A stretch of DNA of 64,000 nt from Alphaproteobacteria bacterium (GTDB taxonomy: Bacteria > Pseudomonadota > Alphaproteobacteria > GM7ARS4 > G965262615), in the NCBI GenBank assembly GCA_965262615.1, contig OZ253545.1:1440001-1504000 (forward strand). The letters run 5' to 3'. Within the stretch, counting starts at the first letter, position 1. Each line of letters starts with the position of its first letter. A model generated the notes under the pieces. It saw only the letters and a program-made list of their open reading frames with translations. It had not been told where the DNA came from and searched no databases. Made by a program: the position numbers and the translations under genes. Shown piece after piece: positions 38,621 through 48,708 of the stretch.

Positions 38621-40234
38621 GCCTTCTAAGCCGCAAAAAACCTCATCCCCCACCATCGCTTCGTCATAGGAACTGCCCAAATGATGGCGATAATAGGCAT
38701 CAATGTCTTTCATATCCTGACGATCCACCGCAAAAGACGCATAGTGAGTTGCCCCCGCCACACTGTCCACCACCTTGCCATCCCTGACCACCAACTGTCC
38801 TTTTTTGAAAACATAGCGCGGCGAGGCAAACATCTGCTCAAAATCGCCTTCCTTGCGATACACGGCAACATCCGCCTGTGCCGTCACGCCCAAGTGTCCC
38901 AAATGGGACAAGCCCAAAATACGAGCAGGCCCCGCGCGCGTCATGATGGCAATCTCATACAAGCTGTATTCGCGCTGCAATGACGGCAGCACCGATGCTT
39001 TGACCGCCGCGGGCGATAGTGTCTGCATGACATCGGCGCGAAAGGAGCGATCCATCAACAAGCGCATCAAATGAGGATAGCAGGTAAAGGGCGCACCGTT
39101 GGGATGGTCGGTGGTGAGAAACACCCGCCATGGGTCATCCACCAACAAAAACAACTCAAGACCAATCAGCCACTGCAGTGCGTTCACAAAATGACGATCC
39201 CGATAGCGAAATGGCACAGCACCGCACCCTCCCTGACACTCAATATCCATGCAAAACGATTTCTTCGGCGAGGCAATGGAGCGCGCCCCATGCTGATGCA
39301 TGATATCCGCCGATATGGTGACCGTCTGTCCAAACATAATCTGCCCCACATCAATGGTGATGTTTTTATTGGCATTGACGGCTTCGGCAATGGGTGCGGC
39401 GGCGGATGAAAAATTTCTGTCTCCTTCATCACCGTATGAATGAAACTGCACATGGGTGAGATGAAGGGGCAATCCCGAGACGGCATCAATGGTTTTAAGG
39501 GTGCTTGCCACATTGCCGGGGATTCCCAAATTACACCCGTGCAAATGCAACGGATGCGGCACGCCCAATTCATGAACGGCGCGCGTGAGAGTCAAAAGCA
39601 CATCGCGCGGCGTGATGTCATAATGGTGATTTTTCTCATCCAAGTCCAAACTGCGCTGATTGAACTTGAAGGCATTGATGCCCCCCGGATTGACCACCTT
39701 GATGGCAAGAGCTTTAGATGACTGCAAAATAAAGGCGACATAATTATTGATTTCTTGCTGCGAAGCTTTACGGCTGATGAGGCGCAACAGGAAGTCATCA
39801 TTTCCCATGACGGCGTAGCATCCCTTGTCCAAAAGGGGGACATCATCCAGCTCGCAATGAGTCTGGCGGGCATTGACGGGAATCATGGCGGGCTCAAAGG
39901 CGGCGGTGAATCCCATTTCCGCATAGCGATAGCCAGTGGCAAAGCTGGTCATGGTGGCTTCGCCACTGCCCAAGCGAAAGGAGGGGGAACGGTCATGACA
40001 ATCCCCACTGTGAAGTTCGGGCAGCAACATGCGAGCAATGTTCAGCTTGCCGCCCGCAATATGACTGTGAATATCAATGCCGCCCGCCATGATTATATGG
40101 TCGGTCACATCAATTTCTTGGTCACACGCGGTGTCATCAACAATGACCCCGTCCGCCATCACCACATCCGCCACCTCACCATTGCGCTGATGGGCGGGGT
40201 CGTAAATCGTTCCACCTTTGAGTTTGATTCTCAT
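38597..40234 (-). CDS. fhcA: Formyltransferase/hydrolase complex subunit A
   Basis: GGIDIHSHI, KVVNPGG, HVQF, TTDHPNG. Confidence 0.95.
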   Translation of the reverse strand: MRIKLKGGTIYDPAHQRNGEVADVVMADGVIVDDTACDQEIDVTDHIIMAGGIDIHSHIAGGKLNIARMLLPELHSGDCHDRSPSFRLGSGEATMTSFATGYRYAEMGFTAAFEPAMIPVNARQTHCELDDVPLLDKGCYAVMGNDDFLLRLISRKASQQEINNYVAFILQSSKALAIKVVNPGGINAFKFNQRSLDLDEKNHHYDITPRDVLLTLTRAVHELGVPHPLHLHGCNLGIPGNVASTLKTIDAVSGLPLHLTHVQFHSYGDEGDRNFSSAAAPIAEAVNANKNITIDVGQIMFGQTVTISADIMHQHGARSIASPKKSFCMDIECQGGCGAVPFRYRDRHFVNALQWLIGLELFLLVDDPWRVFLTTDHPNGAPFTCYPHLMRLLMDRSFRADVMQTLSPAAVKASVLPSLQREYSLYEIAIMTRAGPARILGLSHLGHLGVTAQADVAVYRKEGDFEQMFASPRYVFKKGQLVVRDGKVVDSVAGATHYASFAVDRQDMKDIDAYYRHHLGSSYDEAMVGDEVFCGLEGSGFAKAS

Positions 40235-41433
40235 GGCATCGCCTGCCGCAATTGGCGACAGATTTGCGCCACCGAAGGCACAGAGGATGAACGCATCGCC
40301 TTGAGATGAAGAGAGCTCGCGCCATCGCCGCGCATCACAATGCCCGAGCCCGTCACGCCTGATGTGGCACAGGGCAAATAAACATTTGTTGTGGCATCAC
40401 ACGCCATGCCCTCTCTGCCAAGCACAATGGATGCCACACCGCTCTTTTGTGGCGGCACATGAGTTTCATCCCACTCATCCACCCACACAAGAACATCCAC
40501 CGCCCCATCGGCAAGCAGAGAATCGGTATCATAAAGGTGAGGTTCATGGCGAATGGTGCGTCCGCCGTAGGAGACACGCGACGGATAGCCGCTCTGCCAT
40601 GTGGTCACCTGCACCGCTCCCGCGCCATTGCCGCCACCGCCCAAAGGCAGACAGATGGCACGCTGCGTCAAATTCAAACGATCCACCCATGATGCCACAA
40701 ACTCAAAAGCCATTTCGCCGTCCATCAGTGAGATGCCCCCACCCACCCATATAAAAGTCGCATAGGAAGAGTGCTTGAGAACACGCGTGAACTCACCCAC
40801 GATTGTGTCCTTGCCAAAAACAGAGGCAAGGCGCGGCGGAATGGGTTGTTCTTCATAGTGCATGCGCCATAAGGTCAGAGCATCCATCAATTGCTCCCTC
40901 GTCACCGACCACGAATGGGAATAATCACCAAGCCCCTCACCCAACAAGAGAATGTCACGCTGAGAGACAAAAGAATGAGACGAATTCAAACACATCTCAT
41001 TGAGGCGAGGCGGAATGGCATCAGTTCCATTGGGTGCAATGACAACAATCACATCGGAGCGATTGCGACACTCATGAATCGTGCCTCCATAATAACCCCG
41101 ACTTTGCAACACTCTGGCATTCACCATGACCCCTTCGGAGTGATCCATGATGCCGCCCGTCAGTTCCGCCAGTGCGGTGATTCCTTTGATGCCGGCGACA
41201 TCGGTCGCCAAGCCCGCAAACAACGGGGCATGGGATTGCGCCAACAAATGAGCGGCATGGGTCACCGCCTCATCCCATGACACCACCTTGCCCTTGATGC
41301 GTGGCTCGCTCGTGCCATGATGAGCAAACCCACGCGCCGCCCACGAACACACCGAATCGGCAACGCTCCCTTCATCATCAACAGGCAAACCACCGCAGCC
41401 CAAAGAGCAAAATGGACAATTCACTTCAGTCAT
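40231..41433 (-). CDS. fhcB: Formyltransferase/hydrolase complex subunit B
   Basis: CPFCSLGC, GLATDV, RNRSD, WQSGYP, MRGDG. Confidence 0.88.
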   Translation of the reverse strand: MTEVNCPFCSLGCGGLPVDDEGSVADSVCSWAARGFAHHGTSEPRIKGKVVSWDEAVTHAAHLLAQSHAPLFAGLATDVAGIKGITALAELTGGIMDHSEGVMVNARVLQSRGYYGGTIHECRNRSDVIVVIAPNGTDAIPPRLNEMCLNSSHSFVSQRDILLLGEGLGDYSHSWSVTREQLMDALTLWRMHYEEQPIPPRLASVFGKDTIVGEFTRVLKHSSYATFIWVGGGISLMDGEMAFEFVASWVDRLNLTQRAICLPLGGGGNGAGAVQVTTWQSGYPSRVSYGGRTIRHEPHLYDTDSLLADGAVDVLVWVDEWDETHVPPQKSGVASIVLGREGMACDATTNVYLPCATSGVTGSGIVMRGDGASSLHLKAMRSSSVPSVAQICRQLRQAMP

Positions 41434-41808
41434 TTATGACTCATACTTGATGTAGGCAAAACGAGCATCGGACGGCGTTCCCTCAAGACTTCCCTCGCCA
41501 TCGGGATGCCAGCCGATGACCTCTTCAATTTTTTGGGCAAGGGCAAAATCCTTTTCGGTGATGCCCTTAGCACTGTGGCTTTTCAGCCGCACCTCCACCC
41601 ACGCGTAGGATGCGGTGATGTCTGGATGATGCCACGCCGCCTCCGCCAGATGTCCCACCGTGGTGATGACCATCAGCGTCCCCTTCCAACTGTGAGTCTT
41701 GTAGGTGCGGCGCAACCACCCGTCCTCATAGCGCCAGTGAGGCAATTGTGCCAAACGAGTCGCAATCGCCTCATCCGTGATGACTGTTTCCTTATTCATC
41801 ATGACCAT
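41434..41808 (-). CDS. Pterin-4a-carbinolamine dehydratase
   Basis: GHLAEAAWHHPD, SHSAKGITEKD. Confidence 0.9.
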   Translation of the reverse strand: MVMMNKETVITDEAIATRLAQLPHWRYEDGWLRRTYKTHSWKGTLMVITTVGHLAEAAWHHPDITASYAWVEVRLKSHSAKGITEKDFALAQKIEEVIGWHPDGEGSLEGTPSDARFAYIKYES

Positions 41809-41858
41809 CTCCTTTGTTATTCTTTACCATAAAACACAGCTTCGCTATAGAACATCTT

Positions 41859-42842
41859 ATGCCACTGTCTCACAAGAATAAAGCCCCTCAAAGTGCCCCT
41901 CAAAGCATATGTGTTCATGCGCCGTGTCGGTTGCACTTTGGCTTTTTGTCGTGGGGGGAAAAGAGTCGTCACTTTGGCAGTTTGGGCATGACGCTGGCAC
42001 AGTCGTGCATTCGCGTGACCGCGCGCCGTCACACCCATGATGATCTTGATGATGACATCGCCGCTGTGGTTGCCCTCTATCAGCAACACATGCGCGTCCC
42101 TTCCCTTCACATGCGCTGCCAGCATGACAATGTGGTTCATCAGGGCTTGGGCAGTGGTACGCAATGGCATTTGGCGGTGGGCATGGCGTGTGCCATCATG
42201 GCGGGTGAGAAAACATCACCTCGCCACATCATGTTGCTGGCAAACAGAGGCAAGCGTTCAGGCATTGGCTTGGCTGCCTTTGAGGGTGGCGGTGTCTTGC
42301 TGGATGGCGGCGTTCATCCCGCTCGCCCCAACCCACCGCCGCTGTTGTGTCGTCACGATTTTCCTGATGAGTGGCGGGTGTTGCTCATTCAAGATGACCA
42401 TCACACGGGAATCTTCGGCACAGAGGAAAAAAGTGCCTTTGACAACCTGTCCGCCAGCACGCCACATCAATCGGCAAATTTGTGTAAAGTCACCATGCTG
42501 GAGACTCTGCCCGCATTGCTGGAGCGTGATTTCATCACCTTTAGTCGCGGGGTGCGTCTGTTGCAAACAGCCATGATTGATGCCTTTGCCTCCTCACAAG
42601 GCGGCAGCTATCGCTCGCCAGAAGTGGCAAAAGCATTGACATGGCTCGCGAAAAACGGTGTTGTCGGATTGGGACAAAGCTCCTGGGGCCCCAGTGGCTT
42701 TGCCCTGTTCGCTGACGAAAAAAAGGCTCAAGACATGAAAAAACAATTGCAAAAAAATCACCCCACCCTTATGATGCGCGTGGTGCGCGGGCAAAACCAC
42801 GGTGCAACCATCACAACCGAAGATCATAATTACGGAGAATAA
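41859..42842 (+). CDS. mptG: Beta-ribofuranosylaminobenzene 5'-phosphate synthase
   Basis: RLHFGF, HQGLGSGTQ, RGKRSGIG, GQSSWGP. Confidence 0.9.
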   Translation: MPLSHKNKAPQSAPQSICVHAPCRLHFGFLSWGEKSRHFGSLGMTLAQSCIRVTARRHTHDDLDDDIAAVVALYQQHMRVPSLHMRCQHDNVVHQGLGSGTQWHLAVGMACAIMAGEKTSPRHIMLLANRGKRSGIGLAAFEGGGVLLDGGVHPARPNPPPLLCRHDFPDEWRVLLIQDDHHTGIFGTEEKSAFDNLSASTPHQSANLCKVTMLETLPALLERDFITFSRGVRLLQTAMIDAFASSQGGSYRSPEVAKALTWLAKNGVVGLGQSSWGPSGFALFADEKKAQDMKKQLQKNHPTLMMRVVRGQNHGATITTEDHNYGE

Positions 42843-42844
42843 TC

Positions 42845-43738
42845 ATGACTAAAAAAATTCTGCACATGGTGAGCCCAACAGCCTATGCCAGTCCTTTTGA
42901 TGTCAACATGGCGTATGATGCGGGCTTTGATGCGGTGATGGCTTATGGGCATGTGAGCGATGCCGCTGCGGTGGGTGCCATCACGCAAGATATCATTTTT
43001 TCTCGCTCGGTGAAGGACGCTCGCAACATGGGGCTGTTTATTGGCGGCAAGGATGTGGTGCTGGCATTGGACATGCTGGAAGCCTCCCAAAAAGCCATGG
43101 TGCCGCCGTTTGAAATATCGGTCTTTCCCGACCCCGCCGGATCATTCACAACGGCGGCGGCGATGGTGGCATGCAGTGAGAAAATTCTCAAAGATGAATT
43201 CAAGTGTGATTTCTCAAATCTTGCGGTGAGTATCTATGGCGGCAAGGGCATTGTGGGCGGCGTTGCCGCCATTTTGTGTGCTCAAGCAGGAGCGCGCGTC
43301 ACCATCATCGGCTATGACGGCAAAGAGTCGGTGGCGGAAAAAGCCGCCATCTACAAAGAACGCTTTGGCGTTGAGGTGATGCCCGCCGATGGCAGCTCCG
43401 ATGACAAAAACACCGCACTCCTCACCAATGCCGATGTCATTTTTTGTGCGGCACGAGCAGGCACACAAGTTCTCAGCAAGGAGCAAATGAAACACGCTCA
43501 ATCCATGAAAGTCGCCGCCGATGCCAATGCCGTCCCCCCCGCAGGCATTGAGGGCGTTGACTTCAATGACAACAAAAAACCACTCTTGAACGGCTTTGCC
43601 CTTGGCCCTCTGTCTTTTGGCGATATAAAAATCAAAACCCAGCGCGCCATGCTGCAAGAAATGAGTCAGAGCGAGAAACCTCTTTATCTCAATTTTGATG
43701 CGGCGGCGCGCACCGCACGCGCCATTGTGGGTGTCTGA
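42845..43738 (+). CDS. mtdB: NAD(P)-dependent methylene-H4MPT dehydrogenase
   Basis: SPFDVNMAYDAG, QDIIFSR, DPAGSFTTAAA, NAVPPAG. Confidence 0.92.
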   Translation: MTKKILHMVSPTAYASPFDVNMAYDAGFDAVMAYGHVSDAAAVGAITQDIIFSRSVKDARNMGLFIGGKDVVLALDMLEASQKAMVPPFEISVFPDPAGSFTTAAAMVACSEKILKDEFKCDFSNLAVSIYGGKGIVGGVAAILCAQAGARVTIIGYDGKESVAEKAAIYKERFGVEVMPADGSSDDKNTALLTNADVIFCAARAGTQVLSKEQMKHAQSMKVAADANAVPPAGIEGVDFNDNKKPLLNGFALGPLSFGDIKIKTQRAMLQEMSQSEKPLYLNFDAAARTARAIVGV

Positions 43739-44831
43739 GTGCGTCATTGTCATCGCCGCCAGTGGCAGAATGATTGCCGAAGCCTGTCATCAATCCGGCA
43801 TTGCCTCGTGGGTCATTGAACGCTATCCCAGTGCCGACACCGCCCAATTTGCCGAACGCACCGCTTGTCCCTCACAATGGAATCATCACACCCTGCGCGA
43901 CTGTCTGCATCAGTGGGACCCTCGCCAAGCCATGCCCATCGTCTATGGCAGTCCTCTGGATGACGATGACCAGCTGAGCGACCTCATCGGCAAGCGTCTC
44001 ACTCACGGAACACAACCCGAGAACCTGCACAGCTTACACCATCCGCAAAAGTTTTTTTCCTTGCTGGCACAGCATAGAATTCCCCATCCGCCCGTCAGTT
44101 TCACAAAGCCTCATGAAAGCGGATGGCTCATCAAGGATATGCGCCGCAGTGGCGGAGAGGGAATTCAGCACGACACACCCGCCATGACAGCAACATCCGC
44201 CAGTCAATACTATCAAAAACGCGTGAGCGGTGAAGCCTATGGATTTTCGTTCATCGCTCACACCGATGGCATACACCCCATCGGCTACAATCGCATCATC
44301 ACCCACGATGTGTCACCGTTCCCCATGCGTCTGCGCGCATTGGAAGAGATTGCCTCGTCCACACTGCCCTTGCACACGCGCCAAACCATAGAACACTGGG
44401 CGACATGTCTCTCGCAAGACCAACAATGGCGAGGCATCTGCACGATGGATGTCATGATTCACAATGATGTGGCACTCTTGTTGGAGGTCAATGCCCGTCC
44501 TGGACACAATCTGGATATTCATGGGACGCGCGCCCCTCTCATGCGGTGGCATCGTGAGGCAAGTGAAAATCGTCCTTTTGTGCCGTCACCATTGTCTCCT
44601 CCATCATCTCGGCGCGCCATGATCATCCTCTATGCCGACAACACCCACACCATCACGCGCCCTTATGACATGGCGTTTGTGAAAGACCAGCCCCTCGTGC
44701 CATCGGTGATGGCGCGCGGCGAGCCTCTCTGCACCATTCACGCGGCGCATCCATCCAAACCCTATGAGAAAGCATTAGGATACCTTGACCTCATGATGAA
44801 AAAACTTCACGATGAACCTCTGATGCCATGA
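43731..44831 (+). CDS. ATP-grasp protein (OrfY-like, C1 cofactor biosynthesis)
   Basis: AASGR..A, GGEGI, YYQKRVSG, LLEVNAR, GEPLCT; lies between mtdB and mch. Confidence 0.75.
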   Translation: MSECVIVIAASGRMIAEACHQSGIASWVIERYPSADTAQFAERTACPSQWNHHTLRDCLHQWDPRQAMPIVYGSPLDDDDQLSDLIGKRLTHGTQPENLHSLHHPQKFFSLLAQHRIPHPPVSFTKPHESGWLIKDMRRSGGEGIQHDTPAMTATSASQYYQKRVSGEAYGFSFIAHTDGIHPIGYNRIITHDVSPFPMRLRALEEIASSTLPLHTRQTIEHWATCLSQDQQWRGICTMDVMIHNDVALLLEVNARPGHNLDIHGTRAPLMRWHREASENRPFVPSPLSPPSSRRAMIILYADNTHTITRPYDMAFVKDQPLVPSVMARGEPLCTIHAAHPSKPYEKALGYLDLMMKKLHDEPLMP

Positions 44832-45781
44832 GCACCCAACGCCCCCTCCCCAATGTCTGTGATGCCGTTCGCCCTTTGGTGAATGACCTCGCACAGCGCG
44901 CCGATGAATACGGCGTGTTGGTCAGTAAGGGCGCGAATGGATGCACCATCATTGATTGCGGCATTGAGTGTCACGGCAGCATGCGAACGGGGTTGCGCGT
45001 GGCAGAAATTTGCATGGGCGGCTTGGGACACATCACCCACACCGCCTCGCAACAAGGCTTGGGACTTCATGTGACGGCATCTCATGCCGTCATTGCCTGT
45101 TTGGGCTCGCAGTATGCGGGATGGAATCTCAGCACCAATGGCTATTATGCTCTCGCATCAGGACCCGCGCGCGCTGTGGCACAACGAGAAGAGCTGTTTC
45201 AAGATATTGACTATCAAGCCAGCTCCACCGATGGCACACTGGTGCTGGAAGTCTCCAAGCCGCCGCCCCCAGAACTGGTCAGCAAAGCCGCCAATGATTG
45301 CAACATCAAACCCGAGCAATTAACCTTCATTCTCACGCCCACCACCAGCATTGTGGGCACGGTGCAAATCGTGGCGCGCGTGCTGGAAGTGGCACTGCAT
45401 AAAGCTCATACAGTGAAATTTGATGTGAAGCAAATTATTGATGGTGCGGCGTACGCGCCTCTGCCGCCGCCCGTTCCCGATACCATCGCCGCCATGGGAC
45501 GCGCCAATGATGCCATCATCTACGGCGGCATCGCCCATCTCTTTGTGGACAGCTCCGATAAAGATGCCAAAAATCTCGCCCGAGTCATGCCCAGCAAAAA
45601 TTCACGCCATTACGGCAAGCCATTTGCTCGTATATTTAAACGATTCAAAGGAGATTTCTACGCCATTGATGGCTCCCTGTTTAGCCCTGCCCGTGTGATT
45701 GTCACCAGTCTCAAAAGTGGCAACAGCTTTGAAGCGGGGAGAGTCAATAACAAAATTCTTGCCAGAAGTTTTGGCTACTGA
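44828..45781 (+). CDS. mch: Methenyl-H4MPT cyclohydrolase
   Basis: CLGSQYAGW, SGPARA, ARVLEVALHK, MGRANDAI, LFSPA. Confidence 0.95.
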   Translation: MSTQRPLPNVCDAVRPLVNDLAQRADEYGVLVSKGANGCTIIDCGIECHGSMRTGLRVAEICMGGLGHITHTASQQGLGLHVTASHAVIACLGSQYAGWNLSTNGYYALASGPARAVAQREELFQDIDYQASSTDGTLVLEVSKPPPPELVSKAANDCNIKPEQLTFILTPTTSIVGTVQIVARVLEVALHKAHTVKFDVKQIIDGAAYAPLPPPVPDTIAAMGRANDAIIYGGIAHLFVDSSDKDAKNLARVMPSKNSRHYGKPFARIFKRFKGDFYAIDGSLFSPARVIVTSLKSGNSFEAGRVNNKILARSFGY

Positions 45782-46652
45782 ACCCCTCATTCTCAGCGAC
45801 CGCCCCGATTCATGCGCCGTGCAATTGCAACGAGCCCTGCACAGTGCCATTCCCATCATTCCCCCCATCATTCCATATGACCGCCTTGCCCTGACTCATC
45901 ACGGCATTGAATTAGACGACACACCCATTCAGCCCGCCTTTGTGTTGGCGCGCTTTATTGCCAAAGGCTCACTGGAAGCTATCACTCACAAGCTGTCCCT
46001 GCTTCATGCTCTCAAGGCGCGCGGCGTTCCCGTCATCAATGACCCCACCGCCATTGAAGCCACCGTGGACAAAGGAATGTGTGCGTCATTGCTGCACCAT
46101 CATCGTATTCCCACCCCGCCTCACATCACCACACACAGTTATGAGCGGGCGCGGGCGTTTGTCCAAGAACAAAATCATCGCTGTATTCTCAAGCCTCTGC
46201 TGGGGGCGCGAGGCGAGGATATGCGTCTCATTGACCATGAAGATGACCTTCCGCCCCATGACATGGGCGATGTTTTTCATCTGCAACGATTCATTCCATC
46301 CAGAACCGACGATACCCGCTGCCGTGATTGGCGCGTCTTTGTGATTGACGGCAAGGCAGTCGCCTGCATTGAACGAGAAAATGACGGCTGGCGCGCCAAC
46401 ATCTCGCTGGGAGGAGAGGCGCGCGCCTGCCGTCATGAAGCCGTTGAATCACTGGCACAAAAAGCTCTTGCCTGCACATCGGCTTTTTATGGCGGAGTGG
46501 ATATCATCGTGCCGCATGATGACCCCCATCACCCACTGGTGCTGGAGATCAATTCCATTCCCGCCTGGCGAGGCATTCACGATGCCACCGACATTGCCAT
46601 TCCATCCCTTTTGGCTCATGCCATTGTCACCTCTGCCCATGCGTCACACTAA
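45771..46652 (+). CDS. RimK-family ATP-grasp ligase (Orf5-like); start uncertain
   Basis: GSLEAIT, VDKGM, KPLLG, DWRVFV, LEINSIPAW. Confidence 0.85.
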   Translation: MATEPLILSDRPDSCAVQLQRALHSAIPIIPPIIPYDRLALTHHGIELDDTPIQPAFVLARFIAKGSLEAITHKLSLLHALKARGVPVINDPTAIEATVDKGMCASLLHHHRIPTPPHITTHSYERARAFVQEQNHRCILKPLLGARGEDMRLIDHEDDLPPHDMGDVFHLQRFIPSRTDDTRCRDWRVFVIDGKAVACIERENDGWRANISLGGEARACRHEAVESLAQKALACTSAFYGGVDIIVPHDDPHHPLVLEINSIPAWRGIHDATDIAIPSLLAHAIVTSAHASH

Positions 46653-47517
46653 AGACACCCTGATTAATTTCTACATCAATGCTTGCTGCACCGAACTGGA
46701 GAGCCTCAAGCCCAGCAATGTGCACATCTACAGAGATGGACACGACATGGGACTGCGTGATTTTGTGCGCGCCGCCGAATGCACCGCCCCTGTGTTGCTC
46801 AATGATGAGCTCTCCTGCGGCATCCGCATGGTGCAAGCGGCACAAGCCGTCAAAGATCAATTGGGACACAATGTCAATATTGGCATCATTTTGCTCTGTG
46901 CTCCGTTGCTGCATGTGGCGTTGCATCATGATTCTTCCGCCGTGCGTTCGGCTCTTGCCGATTATCTGCGCACCGATGATGACGGCGAATGCCATGCCAT
47001 CATGCGGGCGATTGCCATTGCCGCCCCATCAGGATTAGGACGCGCCGCACAGCATGATGTGCGCGAGCCACCTCAAGTTCCGTTGCGAGAAGTCATGGCA
47101 TCCGCCGCCCACTACGATTTAATCGCTCATCAATACGCTCATGATTTTGCCGATGTGTTTGACGGCGCACATTTTCTCCATGAACAAAAACGGCTCGGCA
47201 TCTCCCTCACCGAAGCCACTTTGCGCAACTACCTGCGCTTTTTGGCAACCCACATGGACAGTCACATCGTGCGCCAGCACGGCATTCAGGTGGCACACGA
47301 TGTGCAAAACAAAGCAAAACAATTTCAGCGTGACATGAATCACGACTCCCTGCACCAATGGGATCATGAGCTCAAGGAACGCCATATCAATGCCGGCACC
47401 TCCGCCGATATGACGGTCGCCAGTCAATTGTTGTATGATATCATTCACGGTGTTGCTCGCGAGCCTCATTATGATTATTGGATAAAACCTTTACACGCCA
47501 AGAAAAAAAGACTATAA
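46639..47517 (+). CDS. CitG-family protein (Orf7-like)
   Basis: KPSNVH, NIGIILL, DSHIVR, NAGTSAD. Confidence 0.85.
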   Translation: MRHTKDTLINFYINACCTELESLKPSNVHIYRDGHDMGLRDFVRAAECTAPVLLNDELSCGIRMVQAAQAVKDQLGHNVNIGIILLCAPLLHVALHHDSSAVRSALADYLRTDDDGECHAIMRAIAIAAPSGLGRAAQHDVREPPQVPLREVMASAAHYDLIAHQYAHDFADVFDGAHFLHEQKRLGISLTEATLRNYLRFLATHMDSHIVRQHGIQVAHDVQNKAKQFQRDMNHDSLHQWDHELKERHINAGTSADMTVASQLLYDIIHGVAREPHYDYWIKPLHAKKKRL

Positions 47518-47592
47518 TGATGACTTCAATCATCAGACACTCACCCTTTGCGATGGCAGTTTTGGAGGTGTGTCTATTTTCAGGAGAGAGAA

Positions 47593-48102
47593 ATGGCAAA
47601 AATCAGCAAGATGCTTGTCGGGGAAGCCCTCGTGGGAGATGGCAATGAAGTCGCACATATTGACTTGATTATCGGCCCTCGCGGCAGCCCAGCCGAAGAT
47701 GTGTTCGCCCAAGCTTTGGTCAATCAAAAGGAAGGTGTCAACGGTCTTCTCGCCGTTGTCGCGCCCAACCTCATGACAAAGCCCGCAACGGTGATGTTTA
47801 ACAAAGTGACCATCAAAAATGCCACCCAAGCGGTGCAAATGTTTGGTCCTGCTCAAGCCGCTGTGGCAAAAGCCGTCATGGATTGTGTCGAAGAAGGAAC
47901 CATTCCCGACAAAGAAGCCGAAGACTTGTTCGTCAGTGTCGGTGTCTTTATCCATTGGGAAGCCAGTGACGACAAGAAAATCCAAGACTTCAACTATGAA
48001 GCGACCAAACTCGCTATTGAGCGCGCCGTCAGCGGTGAGCCCAAAGTCAAAGAAGTCTTGTCCGAACGCGGTGGTGTTGCACATCCTTTCGCTGCAAACT
48101 GA
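47593..48102 (+). CDS. fae: Formaldehyde-activating enzyme
   Basis: [35 protein letters not shown]. Confidence 0.97.
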   Translation: MAKISKMLVGEALVGDGNEVAHIDLIIGPRGSPAEDVFAQALVNQKEGVNGLLAVVAPNLMTKPATVMFNKVTIKNATQAVQMFGPAQAAVAKAVMDCVEEGTIPDKEAEDLFVSVGVFIHWEASDDKKIQDFNYEATKLAIERAVSGEPKVKEVLSERGGVAHPFAAN

Positions 48103-48123
48103 AATCCATCTCATTGATGGAAT

Positions 48124-48162
48124 AAAAGGCGGAAGAGAGCATCCATCTCTTCCGCCTTTTTT
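48124..48162 (+). terminator. Rho-independent terminator after fae
   Basis: AAAAGGCGGAAGAGA / TCTCTTCCGCCTTTT stem followed by a T run. Confidence 0.88.
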
Positions 48163-48180
48163 GTGCCCTGAGACACACCC

Positions 48181-48708
48181 ATGAACACACAAACTGCACT
48201 GCCTCTCAATATCGCTGTCCTCACCATCTCCGATAGCCGCAACGCCGACACCGACACATCAGGACAGTATCTCAAAAAAGCCGCCACACAATGCGGACAC
48301 AAAATTCTCCATCACGCCATCATCCCCGATGATGAAGAAAAAATCCGCAAGGAATTTCAGCAATGCATTGACAATGACTCCATTGACATCGTCATCTCCA
48401 CCGGCGGCACTGGTGTCACCGCCCGAGATGTCACCGTTGAGGCTTTGCGGGGCTGTCTTGATAAAGAAATTGAAGGCTTTGGCGAGATTTTTCGTGCCAT
48501 CAGTTATGAAAAAATCGGCACATCGGCGTTGCAATCTCGTGCTCTGGCGGGCGTTGCCAATGGCACTTATCTGTTTGCTCTGCCTGGGTCGCCCTCTGCC
48601 TGCCGTGACGCATGGTGTGACATTCTCCAGCACCAACTCTCCATCAGCACCAAGCCGTGCAATCTTGCCGAGCTCATCCCACGCCTCAAACAAAGTCCCC
48701 CCTCATGA
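48181..48708 (+). CDS. moaB: Molybdenum cofactor biosynthesis protein B
   Basis: LTISDSR..DTSG, TGGTG, GFGEIFR, LPGSP, PCN. Confidence 0.93.
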   Translation: MNTQTALPLNIAVLTISDSRNADTDTSGQYLKKAATQCGHKILHHAIIPDDEEKIRKEFQQCIDNDSIDIVISTGGTGVTARDVTVEALRGCLDKEIEGFGEIFRAISYEKIGTSALQSRALAGVANGTYLFALPGSPSACRDAWCDILQHQLSISTKPCNLAELIPRLKQSPPS

